Origin: Marmoricola sp.
Lineage (GTDB): Bacteria > Actinomycetota > Actinomycetes > Propionibacteriales > Nocardioidaceae
DNA length: 64,000 nt
Assembly (NCBI GenBank): GCA_044227235.1
Contig: JBGAFN010000013.1
Span: 82,800-146,799 of the forward strand
Direction of reading: 5' to 3'
A program made the translations under genes and the position numbers. This document shows positions 46,776-55,602 of this stretch, in pieces. Under the pieces are notes generated by a model. The model was not told the DNA's origin and searched no databases. It worked only from the letters and a program-made list of their open reading frames with translations. The first letter of the stretch is position 1, and the number at the start of each line of letters is the position of its first letter.

Positions 46776-47174
46776 TCAGTCCTCGCCGGCCAGCGCGTCG
46801 AGCGAGGCGGGGTGGAAGACCCCGGCCAGTGCGACCAGCCCGACCACGACCATGAGCACCGCGACGACGCTGGTGCTCCCTCCCCAGAAGCTGCCGCCGA
46901 CCAGGATCTGGAGCAGCTGGGCGAGCACGATGGGCGCCCGCGCCCAGGAGTCCAGCCGGCGCAGCCGCAGGGCCAGGAAGGCCAGCGCGCCGCCGTACAC
47001 GAGGAAGAACGCGAAGACGGTGAGCCCCAGGGCCAGCCGCTCGCCGTGCAGGGACGCGATCTCGCTGATCCCCAGCGCGACGAAGACCAGCGCCTCGACG
47101 AGGACCAGGGAGACCGTGACGTTCAGCGGCGCGGGGACCGCGGGACCACCTGAGGGGCTGTCGGAGGGGCTCAC
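46776..47174 (-). CDS. Hypothetical membrane protein (4 TM)
   Basis: 132-aa hydrophobic ORF. I recognise no family. Confidence 0.55.
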   Translation of the reverse strand: MSPSDSPSGGPAVPAPLNVTVSLVLVEALVFVALGISEIASLHGERLALGLTVFAFFLVYGGALAFLALRLRRLDSWARAPIVLAQLLQILVGGSFWGGSTSVVAVLMVVVGLVALAGVFHPASLDALAGED

Positions 47175-47227
47175 AGGGCCCGATCGTACGCAGAACGACC
47201 TTCGAAGAGGTGGGGTTGACCGTCCCC

Positions 47228-47243
47228 TGTGATCAAAGTGGCA
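47228..47243 (+). promoter_or_regulatory. Weak CRP/Cmr-like half-palindrome in the whiB1 leader
   Basis: TGTGA-TCAAAG-TGGCA compared with TGTGA-N6-TCACA (8/10 match), about 190 nt upstream of the whiB1 ATG. Mycobacterial whiB1 is known to be CRP-regulated. Confidence 0.25.
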
Positions 47244-47429
47244 CGTTCAAACCCTTGATTGCCTCCTTGTTCCTTGAAACTATCTTGGGGGTCTCCGGTC
47301 ACCGGGCGCCGTGCCACGAACAGGGCTCCCGACAGACGCTTCTGTCCGTCCGGGAACCTTCTTCTCCGCGACGTCCGTGACCGACTGACCCGCGTTCGGC
47401 TCATGAGACAAGACAAGGAGTCCCCCGCC

Positions 47430-47681
47430 ATGGATTGGCGCCACCGTTCCGCGTGCCTCGACGAGGACCCGGAACTGTTCTTCCCGATCGGCAACACCGG
47501 TCCGGCCATCCTGCAGATCGAGGAGGCCAAGCAGGTGTGCCGTCGGTGTGAGGTGCGCGAGCAGTGTCTCGCGTGGGCGCTGGAGGCGGGTCAGGACCAC
47601 GGTGTCTGGGGTGGTCTCAGCGAGGACGAGCGGCGCGCGCTCAAGCGCCGCAACGCCCGGGCCCGGGTCCGCACCGGCTGA
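47430..47681 (+). CDS. whiB1: WhiB1/WblE-type Fe-S transcription factor
   Basis: ATG at 47430 in track ORF 47259..47681. MDWRHRSACLDEDPELFFP...CRRCEVREQC...GVWGGLSEDERRALKRRNAR is near-identical in pattern to M. tuberculosis WhiB1. Confidence 0.9.
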   Translation: MDWRHRSACLDEDPELFFPIGNTGPAILQIEEAKQVCRRCEVREQCLAWALEAGQDHGVWGGLSEDERRALKRRNARARVRTG

Positions 47682-47685
47682 CCGC

Positions 47686-49146
47686 TCACGGCAGCGGGAC
47701 CGTCACCTCGACCTGCGTCCCCCGTCCCGGGGCGGCGCCGATCCTGATCGTCCCGTCCAGCTCTGACTCCACGAGCGTCCGCACGATCGAGAGGCCCAGG
47801 CTGCTCGAGGTCGCGGCGTCGAAGCCCTCGGGCAGCCCCACCCCGTCGTCGGTGACGGTGGCGACGAGCAGGTCCGGGGTCCGTCGGGCCGTCAGGTCGA
47901 CGTGGCCCGGGCCGCCGCCGAAGCCGTGCTCGGCCGCGTTCTGCAGCAGCTCGGTGAGCACCATCGCCAGCGGGGTGGCGACCTCGGAGGGGATCGTGCC
48001 GAAGGCGCCGTGCCGGGTCGAGGTGACCCCACCGGTGGCCGACCCCAGGTCGGGCAGCGTCAGCCGCAGCCGGTCGGCGATCTCGTCGAAGTCGACGTTC
48101 TCGTCCAGCGACATGCTCAGCGTCTCGTGCACCAGCGCGATCGAGCCGACCCGGTGCACCGCCTCCTCCAGGGCCGCCCGCGCCTCCGGCACGGTCATCC
48201 GGCGGGCCTGGAGCCGGAGCAGCGCGGCCACGGTCTGCAGGTTGTTCTTCACCCGGTGGTGGATCTCCCGGATGGTGGCGTCCTTGGTGACCAGCTCGCG
48301 GTCCCGGCTGCGCAGGTCGGTCACGTCGCGCAGCAGCACCAGGGCCCCGATCAGCTCGGTCTCGGTCCGCAGCGGCACCGACCGGGCGATCACCACCGTG
48401 CTGCCGTTGCCGAGCTCGGTGTCGCGCGGCACCTGGCCGCCGAGGACCGCGCCGAGCGTCTCCTCGTCGTCGCGGCGCGCCGCGGGGATGAGCTCGCGGG
48501 TCACCGCGGCGAGGTCGAGCCCGGCCAGGTCGCTGGTCAGGCCGAGCCTGCGGTAGACCGACAGCGCGTTGGGGCTGGCGTAGGTGACCACCCCGGCCGC
48601 GTCGATCCGCACGAACCCGTCGCCGACCCGCGGTGAGTCGGTGTGGTCCGAGCGCTGCCCGACGTAGGGGAAGAGGCCCTTGCTGATCATCTGGGTCAGG
48701 TCGGTCGCGGTCTGCAGGTAGGCCAGCTCGAGCCGGGACGGCGTCCGGACGCCGAGCAGGTTGGTGTTGCGGGCGATGATGCCCAGGATGCGGTCCCCGC
48801 ACCGCACGGGGATCGCCTCCACCCGGACCGGGACGTGGTCGCGCCACTCCGGGTCGCCCTCCCGGACCACCCGCCCTTCGGCCAGGGCGGCGTCGAGCAG
48901 CGGCCGGCTGCCCGAGGGCAGGAACCCTCCGACCAGGTCGTCGACGTACGACGTGGGGCCGGTGGTGGGCCGCATCTGCGCCCCCGCCCAGAGCCCCGTG
49001 CCCGCCCGGTCCGGCAGCCACAGCACCAGGTCGGCGAAGGACAGGTCGGCGATGATCTGCCAGTCCGCGATCAGCAGCGCGAGCCAGGCCACGTCCTCCT
49101 CGGTGAGGTCGGTGTGGGCCTGGGCGACCTCGGTCAGGGACGGCAC
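47686..49146 (-). CDS. pdtaS: Cytoplasmic GAF-PAS sensor histidine kinase, PdtaS-like (HisKA_2)
   Basis: 486-aa ORF with H-box EIHHRVKNNLQTVAALL and ATPase motif LTELLQNAAEHGF. It lies adjacent and convergent to whiB1, as Rv3220c/Rv3219 do. Confidence 0.85.
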   Translation of the reverse strand: MPSLTEVAQAHTDLTEEDVAWLALLIADWQIIADLSFADLVLWLPDRAGTGLWAGAQMRPTTGPTSYVDDLVGGFLPSGSRPLLDAALAEGRVVREGDPEWRDHVPVRVEAIPVRCGDRILGIIARNTNLLGVRTPSRLELAYLQTATDLTQMISKGLFPYVGQRSDHTDSPRVGDGFVRIDAAGVVTYASPNALSVYRRLGLTSDLAGLDLAAVTRELIPAARRDDEETLGAVLGGQVPRDTELGNGSTVVIARSVPLRTETELIGALVLLRDVTDLRSRDRELVTKDATIREIHHRVKNNLQTVAALLRLQARRMTVPEARAALEEAVHRVGSIALVHETLSMSLDENVDFDEIADRLRLTLPDLGSATGGVTSTRHGAFGTIPSEVATPLAMVLTELLQNAAEHGFGGGPGHVDLTARRTPDLLVATVTDDGVGLPEGFDAATSSSLGLSIVRTLVESELDGTIRIGAAPGRGTQVEVTVPLP

Positions 49147-49202
49147 CGGACCAGGGTAGGTCCCCGTCGGATCCGACTGGCGCTCATGTCAGGATTGGCC
49201 CC

Positions 49203-50066
49203 ATGTCGGAGGCGGCCCGCGCGGCGTACTGGGAGCAGGTGGTGACCGGCGGCTACCCCGTCCCCGACGACGCGCCACTGGCGGACCTCACCACCGAGCT
49301 GACCGTGATGCTGGGCAGCCCCGAGCCGCACCTGCGCGAACGGCTCGCGCTCGGCACCCTGCGGCACTGGGTGACCAGCGGCGTGTACGACGACCTGCTC
49401 GAGGGCCTCGGGACCGGCATCTCCGCCGGCCTGCGGGTCGGCCTCGGCGAGGACGGCACGGACGCGGTGCTGCGCCGCACCGCCAGCGCCGAGGTGCTCG
49501 CGGCGTGTCTCGAGCGCACCCGGGAGAGCCCCGAGGCCCTTGCCGCGATGGACGCCGGCACGGTGCTCCGGTGGGGCGACGCCCTGCTCTCCTGGTTCGT
49601 ACGGGAGCAGGACCTCCGCGGGTACCTGCCCTCACGGGGCTGGGCCGACGCGGTCTCCCGGGGCGCCCGCGGGTGCGAGGTGCTCGCGACCCTGCCCGGG
49701 TTCGGCGAGGCGGAGCTGGTCGCGGTCCTGGACGTGGTCGCCGAGCGGCTCACCAGCCCGACGTCGTACCGGTTCGTCGACGCCGGCCCCGACCGTCTCG
49801 CGGCTGCGGCGCTGGCCGTGCTCCGCCGGGACCTGGTCGACGCGGCCGTCGTCGAGGAGTGGCTGGACGGGCTGGTCGAGGCGGCCCGGGACAAGCACGG
49901 CCAGGCCGTCGTGGCCCGCAACGTCGAGGACTTCCTGCGCGCCCTGCACCTGCAGGTGCTGCTCACCGCCGAGCCCCCCACCGCCCGCGCCGACCTCCTG
50001 CTGGCCCTGGTCGGCGCGCTGCGCCGCTCCAACGACGACCTGCTGGGTCCCTCCCCTTCGACGTGA
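49203..50066 (+). CDS. DUF2785 domain protein
   Basis: 287-aa ORF. The N-terminal YWEQVVTGGYPVPDDAPLADLTTELTVMLGSPEPHLRE pattern matches my recollection of DUF2785. Confidence 0.6.
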   Translation: MSEAARAAYWEQVVTGGYPVPDDAPLADLTTELTVMLGSPEPHLRERLALGTLRHWVTSGVYDDLLEGLGTGISAGLRVGLGEDGTDAVLRRTASAEVLAACLERTRESPEALAAMDAGTVLRWGDALLSWFVREQDLRGYLPSRGWADAVSRGARGCEVLATLPGFGEAELVAVLDVVAERLTSPTSYRFVDAGPDRLAAAALAVLRRDLVDAAVVEEWLDGLVEAARDKHGQAVVARNVEDFLRALHLQVLLTAEPPTARADLLLALVGALRRSNDDLLGPSPST

Positions 50067-50086
50067 CCGGCCGGTAGGTTGCGGCC

Positions 50087-51790
50087 ATGACGACCGACCA
50101 GCAGGAGCCCGAGGCGACCACCACCAGCGACCCCTCCGGCGAGGGGGTGGAGGCGCACAGCGGCGCGCACGCGGTGGCGGTGGCGGCCGCCCACGGCGTG
50201 GACACGATGTTCACGCTCTCGGGCGCGCACGTCTTCCCGATGTACGACGGGGCGGTCAAGGCGGAGCCGCCGATGCGGCTGCTCGACGTCCGCCACGAGC
50301 AGACGGCCGTCTTCGCCGCCGAGGCGATCGGCAAGCTGACCCGCACCCCCGGGCTGGCGGTGCTCACCGCCGGGCCGGGCATCACCAACGGGGTCAGCCC
50401 GATCACCCAGGCCTACTTCAGCGGCGCCCCGCTGGTGGTGGTCGGGGGCCGCGCGCCGGACAACCGCTGGGGCACCGGGAGCCTGCAGGAGCTCGACCAC
50501 GTGCCGCTGGTGGCGCCGGTGACCAAGCTGGCCCGGACCGTGCACGACGCCGCCGAGGTGGCCGCCGAGGTCGACGCCGCGTTCACCGCCGCACGGTCGC
50601 CGCACCGCGGACCGGCGTTCCTCGACATCCCGATGGACGCCTTCTTCGAGACCCGCGCCGTGGTCCGCCCGCCGTACGCGGCCCCGGCGCCGGTCGCTCC
50701 CGACGGCGACGCCCTCGCCGAGATCGGCGCGCTGCTCGCCCAGGCGGACCGGCCGGTGCTCGTGCTCGGCAGCGACGTGTGGACCGACGGGGCGGAGGAG
50801 GCCGCGCTGCGCCTGGTCGAGACCGCGGGCCTGCCGGCGATCACCAACGGGATGGGCCGCGGGGTGGTGCCGGGCCGGCACCCGCTCCTGATGACCAAGG
50901 CCCGCGGGCAGGCGCTCGGCACGGCGGACCTCGTCGTGGTGGTGGGCACGCCGCTGGACTTCCGGCTCGGCTACGGCGTCTTCGGGGGGAAGGACGGCGC
51001 CCCGCCGGCCAAGGTCGTCCACCTCGCCGACTCTCCCGCCCAGCTCTCCGGCCACGCCACCCTCGCCGGGTCGGCCAGCGGCGACCTGACCCTGGTCCTC
51101 GACGGCGTGCTGGCCGCGCTGCAGGCCCAGCTCCGCCGCCCGGACTGGTCGGGCTGGGTCTCCGGCCTGCAGCAGACCGTGGCCGCGGCGACCGAGCGCG
51201 ACCGGGCGCTGCTGACCGCGGAGGCCGACCCGATCCACCCGGCCCGGATCTACGGCGAGCTGCTGCCCCGGCTGGCCGACGACGCCGTGGTGATCGGCGA
51301 CGGCGGCGACTTCGTCTCCTTCGCCGGGAAGTTCGTCGAGCCGGCCAGGCCCGGCGGCTGGCTGGACCCCGGCCCGTACGGCTGCCTGGGAGCGGGCCTC
51401 GGCGCCGCCATCGCGGCCCGGATCGCGCGGCCGTCCGCCCAGGTCGCGCTGCTGCTCGGCGACGGCGCGGCGGGGATGTCGCTGATGGACGTCGACACCC
51501 TGGTCCGCCACGACCTGCCGGTGGTGATGGTGGTCGGCAACAACTCGGCGTGGGCGCTGGAGAAGGGCCCGATGCAGATGCTCTACGGGTACGACGTGAT
51601 CGCGGACCTGGCCCCGCAGACCCGCTACGACAAGGTCGTCGACGCCCTCGGCGGTGCCGGCGAGCTGGTCACCGACCCGACCCAGATCGGCCCCGCCCTG
51701 GACCGGGCGTTCGCCTCCGGGGTGCCCTACCTGGTCAACGTGATCACCGACGTCGACGCCGGCTACCCGCGGAGCACCTTCGGCATCTGA
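50087..51790 (+). CDS. Thiamine-pyrophosphate enzyme, acetolactate synthase large subunit-like
   Basis: 567-aa ORF with TPP_N, central and C-terminal domains. The GDGGDF...LLGDGAAGMS...NN TPP-binding motif is present. Confidence 0.8.
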   Translation: MTTDQQEPEATTTSDPSGEGVEAHSGAHAVAVAAAHGVDTMFTLSGAHVFPMYDGAVKAEPPMRLLDVRHEQTAVFAAEAIGKLTRTPGLAVLTAGPGITNGVSPITQAYFSGAPLVVVGGRAPDNRWGTGSLQELDHVPLVAPVTKLARTVHDAAEVAAEVDAAFTAARSPHRGPAFLDIPMDAFFETRAVVRPPYAAPAPVAPDGDALAEIGALLAQADRPVLVLGSDVWTDGAEEAALRLVETAGLPAITNGMGRGVVPGRHPLLMTKARGQALGTADLVVVVGTPLDFRLGYGVFGGKDGAPPAKVVHLADSPAQLSGHATLAGSASGDLTLVLDGVLAALQAQLRRPDWSGWVSGLQQTVAAATERDRALLTAEADPIHPARIYGELLPRLADDAVVIGDGGDFVSFAGKFVEPARPGGWLDPGPYGCLGAGLGAAIAARIARPSAQVALLLGDGAAGMSLMDVDTLVRHDLPVVMVVGNNSAWALEKGPMQMLYGYDVIADLAPQTRYDKVVDALGGAGELVTDPTQIGPALDRAFASGVPYLVNVITDVDAGYPRSTFGI

Positions 51791-51824
51791 CGCGGGCTGA
51801 CACGGGCTGACGACGGGGGCGCCG

Positions 51825-52205
51825 TCAGGGCAGGCGGGCGAGGAAGCGCTCCCGGTCGACCACGACCCGGGTGACCTCGCCGTGGCCCACGACGGCGTCG
51901 CGGGAGTCGGTGGCGACCACCTCGAAGCGCACCAGGCGCCCGTCGCGGTGGGTCACGGTGGCAACGACCGTGACCTGCTCGCCGACCCGGCTCGCGGCCC
52001 GGTGCTCGAGCTGGACGCGGGTGCCGACCGAGGTCCTGGACCCCTCGAGCTCGCCGGCCAGGGCCGCGCAGGTGGCGGCCTCGCACCAGGCGAGCAGGCG
52101 CGGGGTGCCGAGCACGGCCAGGTCGCCGGACCCGACGGCGGCGGCGGTGTCGTCGGCCGTGACGGTGAACGAGAGGGTGGCGGAGGTGCTCGCAGGACCG
52201 GTCAT
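51825..52205 (-). CDS. Hotdog-fold thioesterase family protein
   Basis: Track ORF trimmed to ATG at 52205. Its ~126 aa carry the SGDLAVLGTPRLLAWCE...G...V.H pattern of small acyl-CoA thioesterases. Confidence 0.6.
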   Translation of the reverse strand: MTGPASTSATLSFTVTADDTAAAVGSGDLAVLGTPRLLAWCEAATCAALAGELEGSRTSVGTRVQLEHRAASRVGEQVTVVATVTHRDGRLVRFEVVATDSRDAVVGHGEVTRVVVDRERFLARLP

Positions 52206-52294
52206 GGTGCAAGGATGCCGGTCCGATTGCGCCGGGACCGGTCGGACCTGGCAGAATGGCACGGTTCACCGACCACGAGGCTCGAGGAGTCACC

Positions 52295-52369
52295 ATGGGT
52301 AAGACCGGCCGCAAGCGCCGCGCCCGCAAGAAGAAGGGCGCGAACCACGGCAAGCGCCCCAACGCGTGA
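52295..52369 (+). CDS. 50S ribosomal protein bL37 (24-aa actinobacterial micro-protein)
   Basis: Found by hand: GAGGAG-N5-ATG, MGKTGRKRRARKKKGANHGKRPNA*. The ANHGKRPN C-terminus and length match the bL37 peptide seen in mycobacterial ribosome structures (from memory). A hairpin terminator follows. Confidence 0.7.
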   Translation: MGKTGRKRRARKKKGANHGKRPNA

Positions 52370-52420
52370 TCCCAGGATCGCCTCGCTTCTTGCCTGACGC
52401 AGCACACGCGCACCACACAG

Positions 52421-52456
52421 GACGACCCCGGCCCATCAGGGCTCGGGGTCGTTTCC
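52421..52456. terminator. Hairpin terminator between bL37 gene and the convergent rshA
   Basis: acgaccccg-N13-cggggtcgt followed by TTT on the plus strand. Confidence 0.55.
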
Positions 52457-52485
52457 GTCGGTGCCGGTGGAGCTCGGTGCCGCTG

Positions 52486-52776
52486 CTACTCGGTGATGGT
52501 GATCTGGACCTGCCGGATCTGCATCATCACCCGGTTCCGCAGCGCAGCCGGGGCGTGCTCGGCGCAGGAGCGCGCGACCAGGGCCTTCATCAGCCGTTCG
52601 ACGTCGTAGCCCTCCAGGCACGGCGCGCACGCGTCGATGTGCTCGGCGATCTGGGCGATGTCGGCCTCGGCCAGCTCGTTGTCGATGAAGAACGCCATCC
52701 GGTCCAGCACGTCGGCGCAGTGCAGGTCGGCGTCGTGGTCGAGCGGCCCCGGGGGGTCGTCGTGGGGGTGGCTCAT
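52486..52776 (-). CDS. rshA: Zinc-associated anti-sigma factor (RsrA/RshA family)
   Basis: ATG at 52776 in track ORF 52486..53487. 96 aa with C..H...C..C redox Zn motif (HCADVL...[10 protein letters not shown]). It overlaps the sigH stop by 4 nt. Confidence 0.85.
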   Translation of the reverse strand: MSHPHDDPPGPLDHDADLHCADVLDRMAFFIDNELAEADIAQIAEHIDACAPCLEGYDVERLMKALVARSCAEHAPAALRNRVMMQIRQVQITITE

Positions 52777-53411
52777 GACACGACCTCCGCTTCCGGTGAG
52801 TCGACCTTCATCCCGCGCTCGCGCGCGTAGTCCGTCAACAGGGCCCTCAGCTGGCGCCTGCCGCGGTGCAGCCGCGACATCACGGTCCCGATCGGGGTCT
52901 CCATGATCTCCGCGATGTCCTTGTACGGGAACCCCTCGACGTCGGCGAGGTAGACCGCCAGCCGGAAGTCCTCGGGGAGCTGGGCCAGCGCCTGCTTCAC
53001 GTCGCTGTCGGGCAGGTGCTCCAGGGCCTCGACCTCGGCGGACTTGAGCCCGGCGGAGGTGTGCGACTCGGCGCGGGCGAGCTGCCAGTCCTCGACCTCC
53101 TCGGTCATGGCGGCCTGGGGCTGGCGCTGCTTCTTGCGGTAGGTGTTGATGAACGTGTTGGTCAGGATGCGGTAGAGCCACGCCTTGAGGTTCGTGCCCT
53201 CCTTGAACTGGTGGAACGAGCCGTACGCCTTGGCGAACGTCTCCTGCACCAGGTCCTCCGCGTCCTGCGGGTTCCGGGTCATCCGCATGGCGGCGGAGTA
53301 GAGCTGGTCGAGGAAGGGGACGGCGTCGCGCTCGAAGCGCGCAGTGCGCTCCTCCAGCGTCTCGGCCGGGGAGTCGGTGCCCGGGGTGGCCGGGGTGGGA
53401 TCGTCTGACAT
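52773..53411 (-). CDS. sigH: ECF sigma factor SigH/SigR
   Basis: Track ORF trimmed to ATG at 53411. [14 protein letters not shown] (region 2) and [23 protein letters not shown] (region 4). Confidence 0.9.
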   Translation of the reverse strand: MSDDPTPATPGTDSPAETLEERTARFERDAVPFLDQLYSAAMRMTRNPQDAEDLVQETFAKAYGSFHQFKEGTNLKAWLYRILTNTFINTYRKKQRQPQAAMTEEVEDWQLARAESHTSAGLKSAEVEALEHLPDSDVKQALAQLPEDFRLAVYLADVEGFPYKDIAEIMETPIGTVMSRLHRGRRQLRALLTDYARERGMKVDSPEAEVVS

Positions 53412-53544
53412 CGCCCTCCAGCCTACCGGCAGGGGCTGCACCGGCAGTCCGGTACGGCGCAGCGACGACGGCTCGGCGGTGCCGCAACAGCTCATCGGGT
53501 CCTGGTCCTCTCCGGCGACGGGGCGAGCGCCGGTCGGCGCCTGC

Positions 53545-54210
53545 TCAGGCCAGAACGTCCTGCGGCCCGGGTCGATTCCCCACCACCTCGCGCACCACGA
53601 ACTCCAGGGTCGCCTCCACCACCAGGCCCAGCACCTCGGCCTGGGACAGCACGTTGCTGCGCGGGACCGAGAACCCGTGGTCGCCGCCGGGGACGCTCAC
53701 CACCTGGCAGTGGGCGGGGAACTCCTCGGGCCGGCCGAAGGGGTCGCGCTCCCCCTGCACCACCAGGGTCGGCACCCGGACCGCCTCGAGCTCGTCGAGC
53801 CGGGACCGCTCCGGCTTGCCCGGCGGGTGCAGCGGGAAGGCCAGCGCCAGCACGCCGGAGGCGCCGAGGTGGTGGGCGGTCCGGGCCGCCGAGCGGGCGC
53901 CCGCGCTGCGGCCCCCGAGCACGAGCGGCGTCCGCAGCCGGAGCCGGTCGGCCGCCGCGACCAGGCAGGCGTCCAGGACGGCCGGCGCCGGGGCGATCCT
54001 CCGCCCTGCGACCCGCCAGGGCTGCTCCAGGCGCACGACGGTGATGCCCTCGCGCGGCAGCTCGGCGGCCAGCGCGGCGAGGTCCTGGGCCTGCGGGCCG
54101 CCGCCGGCCCCGTGGCCGAGCAGCAGGGTGGCGAACGGGCTGCGCGACCGGTCGGTGTGCAGCCGGGCGGGTCCGTGCGGGGTGTCGACCTCGCGGACCA
54201 GGGTGGTCAC
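53545..54210 (-). CDS. Alpha/beta-fold hydrolase (dienelactone-hydrolase/KANL3-like)
   Basis: GTG at 54210 in track ORF 53545..54978. [17 protein letters not shown] nucleophile elbow and GGDHGF motifs. It overlaps the upstream gene by 4 nt. Confidence 0.7.
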   Translation of the reverse strand: MTTLVREVDTPHGPARLHTDRSRSPFATLLLGHGAGGGPQAQDLAALAAELPREGITVVRLEQPWRVAGRRIAPAPAVLDACLVAAADRLRLRTPLVLGGRSAGARSAARTAHHLGASGVLALAFPLHPPGKPERSRLDELEAVRVPTLVVQGERDPFGRPEEFPAHCQVVSVPGGDHGFSVPRSNVLSQAEVLGLVVEATLEFVVREVVGNRPGPQDVLA

Positions 54211-54980
54211 GCGGGCACCTCGTCCAGCGGCAGCGGCTCGAGCAGCTCGGGGCCGTTGTTGCGCACGCTGTTGACCGCCGTCGACACCGGGTAGGCCTCC
54301 AGCCGCCCGGGCGCCGCCGGCACCAGCAACCCGCGCAGCGTGTCGGGGTCGGTCGCGGTCGGGTCGAGCCAGTCGCCGAACCGCTGCGGCTCGACCAGGA
54401 GCGGCATCCGGTCGTGGATGTGGCCCACCGCGTCCTCGGCGGTGGTGGTGAGCACCGTGCAGGTCCACCGGAAACGCTGCGGGTCGTCCTCGTCGCGAGT
54501 GGGGTCGCGCCAGATCTCGTAGAGCCCGGCCATGGCCAGTGACGAGCCGTCGGTGGGGTGGATGAAGAACGGCTGCTTGACCGGCTTGCCGGCCTTGGTC
54601 CGCTGGCTGGTCGCGTACCACTCGTAGTAGCCGTCCGCGGGGAGCAGGCAGCGACGCTTGGCGAAGGCCTGCCGGAAGGCCGGCTTCTCGGTGACGGTCT
54701 CCATCCGGGCGTTGATCATCCGGTTCCCGATCGCAGGGTCCTTGGCCCAGAACGGCACCAGGCCCCAGCGCAGCACCCGCAGCTGCCGCTCGGGCACCCG
54801 CTCGGCGTGGTCCTGGTCGCGGGGAGGCCGGGTCAGGACCGCGTAGACCTCCTTGGTGGGGGCCACGTTGTAGTCGGCGGGGAGGGGCTCGAGGACCGTC
54901 TCGGCGACGGTGGCCCGGTCGATCTCGAACTCCTCGGCCAGGTCGTCGGGACGTCTGCTGGAGGCGTAGCGACCGCACAT
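54207..54980 (-). CDS. SOS-response-associated peptidase (SRAP/YedK/HMCES family, abasic-site DNA-protein crosslinking)
   Basis: 257-aa ORF beginning MCGRY (catalytic Cys2). NVAPT, WGLVPFWAKD and GYYEW motifs. Confidence 0.9.
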   Translation of the reverse strand: MCGRYASSRRPDDLAEEFEIDRATVAETVLEPLPADYNVAPTKEVYAVLTRPPRDQDHAERVPERQLRVLRWGLVPFWAKDPAIGNRMINARMETVTEKPAFRQAFAKRRCLLPADGYYEWYATSQRTKAGKPVKQPFFIHPTDGSSLAMAGLYEIWRDPTRDEDDPQRFRWTCTVLTTTAEDAVGHIHDRMPLLVEPQRFGDWLDPTATDPDTLRGLLVPAAPGRLEAYPVSTAVNSVRNNGPELLEPLPLDEVPA

Positions 54981-54996
54981 GCGGCCAGCCTACGGA

Positions 54997-55602
54997 TCAC
55001 CCGACCGACGCGCCCCCCACCACCGCGCCGATGATCCAGGCGAGCCCGTCGGCGGTCTCCGACGGGGAGCGCGACGGCTGGGTGACATGGCTCAGGACGA
55101 GCCGGACCACGGTCTCCAGCGCCAGGGTGAGCCGCTCCCCGCGCAGCGGGATCTCCGGGAAGCGCTCCTCCACCAGCAGGATCAGGAAGTCCGTGGCGGT
55201 GTCGATCAGGCCCTGGGACTGGGTGATGAACGGCAGCAGCTCGCTGTCCCCGTTGTGGCCGCTCTCCAGCACAGCGCGCAGCAGGGCGCTCTCCTCGGAG
55301 GCCTCGAGCGCCCCCTCGATCGCGGCCCGGACGGCGACCACGAAGTCGTCGTGCTGGAGGAAGTTGCGGCGGACCACGGCGAGGAAGGTGTCCAGCTCCC
55401 GCATCACCAGCAGCTCGGCGAGCTGGGGCTTGGTGCCGAACTCGTTGTAGACCGTCTGCCGGCTCACCCCGGCCCGCTTCGCGATGGTCGCCATCGTGAG
55501 CTTCTGCCAGCCCTCCTCGGCGAACGCCTCTGCCGCGACGTCGAAGAGCCGCTCGCGCAGCATCGAGCGCACCGTCGTACGGAAGGGCTCGGTCTCGGTC
55601 AC
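54997..55602 (-). CDS. TetR-family transcriptional regulator (alk operon-associated)
   Basis: GTG at 55602 in track ORF 54997..56046. HTH segment TMATIAKRAGVSRQTVYNEFG. It overlaps the reductase stop by 4 nt. Confidence 0.85.
   Translation of the reverse strand: MTETEPFRTTVRSMLRERLFDVAAEAFAEEGWQKLTMATIAKRAGVSRQTVYNEFGTKPQLAELLVMRELDTFLAVVRRNFLQHDDFVVAVRAAIEGALEASEESALLRAVLESGHNGDSELLPFITQSQGLIDTATDFLILLVEERFPEIPLRGERLTLALETVVRLVLSHVTQPSRSPSETADGLAWIIGAVVGGASVG

Noticed and set aside
53412-53544. Expected SigH/SigR autoregulatory promoter (GGAAT-N18-GTT) upstream of sigH
   Set aside because: I could not find a convincing match on the minus strand. The best candidates (GGACC-N15-GTT, GGAGA-N20-GTT) have the wrong spacing, so none is reported.
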